A stretch of DNA of 64,000 bases from Centroscyllium fabricii (lineage: Eukaryota), in contig JBNRSN020000001.1 of assembly GCA_051313645.2 (NCBI GenBank), positions 216,318,001-216,382,000 of the forward strand. Reading direction: 5' to 3'. Positions 62,314 through 64,000 of this stretch are shown here, in pieces (position 1 is the first letter of the stretch; every line of letters begins with the position of its first letter). The notes beneath the pieces were generated by a model. The model was given only the letters and a program-made list of their open reading frames with translations. It did no database searches and was not told the DNA's origin. A program made the position numbers and the translations under genes.

Positions 62314-62615
62314 ACATACAGCCCTGTTCCTGGGACTAGGGACAGGGTCACTGGCAAGGCTTGGAAGCTAAGCAGAGCCAGGCCTGGTTAGTACTTGGAT
62401 GGGTGACTACCAGGGAATACCAGGTGCAGAAGGTCACAAAAGGAGCCCCGGGGAGGGGTGGTTGGCTGAAGATTGTCGGAATGATGGAAAGATGGAATGG
62501 CGGCACGCACAGATGCAGCGGCTTTGCTGGACTCTTGGGAGCTTGCAAGATCACATTTCATTGTTGATGTACTTGTACATTGTATAATGACAATAAAGTT
62601 AAATTATTATTATTA
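62314..62615 (+). mobile_element. 5S rRNA-derived SINE-like insertion with (ATT)n tail
   Basis: 62363-62429 matches the 3' half of 5S rRNA (GAAGCTAAGCAG..GGCCTGGTTAGTACTTGGATGGG..ACC..GGGAATACC.GGTGC), followed by a non-5S body, AATAAA and (ATT)n. Confidence 0.65.
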
Positions 62616-62621
62616 ATTATT

Positions 62622-63194
62622 TGTCATGGGTGGACTGTCGCTTTAAATCTCTAGGCTGCAGTTCGTTTATTGGATTATTACCTATTGTCATGTGTCACAT
62701 CTGATTGGTCTAATTCTAGCATACTGGTTACTGGAGCTAGATATAAACCACCTGCTAACCTTATGGCTTTGTCGGATTGTTAATTCTTATGTTGCTTGTT
62801 GAAGTATTCTGTGTTTCTGTATCCTGTTATTCTGGTATTATATATTTGAGTTCGATTCCAATCGTTTTGGGATTACCTGTGTTCGGTCGTGTTGGACTAC
62901 CTGCTGTACCCTGAACAAGGAGTCATCTTTCCTGGACTGTGGATTATTGGGAGTACTTCTGCACCAGACTTTGGGCCTTGTTTCTTCAACCACCAAGACT
63001 TGGGGTTTGGACTTTTGAACTCCTGCTGACCGGCTCTCGGGATATTGGACTATTGCTTTCTTCGTTATTGCTATGTGTATTATGCTCTATGTATTTTGAT
63101 ATAGATACACTGTTTTGATAATTAGGAAAAAAGCACTTCGTTTCTATAGACAGACTCCGGTGTTCTGCAATTGGGTTCAAACCGAACCCTTACA
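62622..63194 (+). mobile_element. Solo LTR (573 bp)
   Basis: TGTCA...TTACA termini, flanked by ATTATT on both sides (within an (ATT)n tail), ATTGG and TATAAA near 62704-62747. Confidence 0.65.
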
Positions 63195-63369
63195 ATTATT
63201 ATTATTATTATGCCATTCTGGCATTACCCATATGTTGCACTTTGTGCGATCTAAAGATCTCCCATTTTCTACAGAAAATGTGAAAAGAACATGTTCCTCC
63301 TATAGAATTTGTGCGGAATTAAAACCGCAATTCTTCCATCCATCGGATGGCTTGCTCATACGCTATACG

Positions 63370-63930
63370 CTTAGTGAGACCACACCTTGAGTATTGTGTG
63401 CAGTTTTGGTCGCCTTATCTGAGGAAGGATGTTCTTGCCATGGAGGGAGTGCAGCAAAGATTCACCAGACTGATACCTCGGATGGCAGGAATGACGTATG
63501 AGGAGAGATTCGGTCAATTAAGTTTATATTCACTGAAATTTTGAAGAATAAGAGGGGATCTCATTGAATCTTATAAAATCCTAACAGGACTAGACAGACT
63601 AGATGCAGGAAGGATGTTCCCGACGGCGGGGGAGTCCAGAACCAGTGGTCACCATCTAAAGATAAGGGGTAAGCCATTTAGGACAGAGATGAGGAGGAAT
63701 TTCTTCACCCAGAGAGTGGTGAACCTGTGGAATTCTCTACCGCAAAAGGCAGTTGAGGCCAATTCATTAAATATATTCAAGAAGGAGTTAGATATATTTC
63801 TTAAGGCTAAAGGAATCAAGCAATATGGGGAGAAAGCAGGGACAGGGTACTGAATTTGGATGATCAGCCATGATCTCATTGAATGGCGGAGCAGGTTTGA
63901 GGGGCCGAATGGCCTACTCCTGCTCCTATC
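63370..63930 (+). mobile_element. CR1 3' fragment
   Basis: LVRPHLEYCVQFWSPYLRKD, FFTQRVV, CR1 3'UTR. Confidence 0.85.
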
Positions 63931-64000
63931 TGATGTGCAATCAATCACTATCAAAAGACTGGAGTTAAGAAAGTAACTAACAGGCTTTCATTTACTAAAG

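Larger units (their letters stand above)
60818..63360 (+). mobile_element. Internally deleted Gypsy element F (same lineage as B/E): partial LTR plus pol, with nested insertions 62314-63210
   Basis: ORF 61260-62339 RT (YLDN) and RNase H; the IN zinc finger DLHTDL|CHSGITHMLHFVRS...CAELKP resumes at about 63211. Boundaries approximate. Confidence 0.8.

Noticed and set aside
62363-62429. 5S rRNA gene
   Set aside because: Only the 3' half, with several substitutions and no oligo-T terminator; treated as SINE/pseudogene-derived.

Overview
Repeat-dense vertebrate genomic DNA. The repeat set (CR1, L2, tRNA-head SINEs, Penelope, Harbinger) looks cartilaginous-fish-like; that assignment is an inference. 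One host gene lies on the minus strand: an SLC46A3-like lysosomal MFS transporter with four coding exons (37374-37565, 15174-16041, 10343-10426, 1314-1470), canonical GT-AG junctions and matching phases, plus a probable non-coding first exon and CpG/CCAAT/GC-box promoter at about 52.7-53.0 kb. Its last exon was not found in the window. Introns and upstream DNA hold five full-length Ty3/Gypsy LTR retrotransposons with TSDs: two CsRn1-type with tRNA-Trp PBS (A, D), one decayed tRNA-Leu type (C), and two without a tRNA PBS (B, E; E has an intact 1327-aa ORF). There are also a sixth fragment (F), a solo LTR, CR1/L2/Rex/Penelope remnants, Harbinger remnants and MITEs, SINEs and about ten Penelope-type minimal hammerhead ribozyme motifs. 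Most interesting: B and E replace the PBS with a covarying 13-bp perfect complement of their own LTR poly(A) signal, share a hairpin over the PPT, and belong to a lineage with a YLDN reverse transcriptase, suggesting a tRNA-independent self-priming system.
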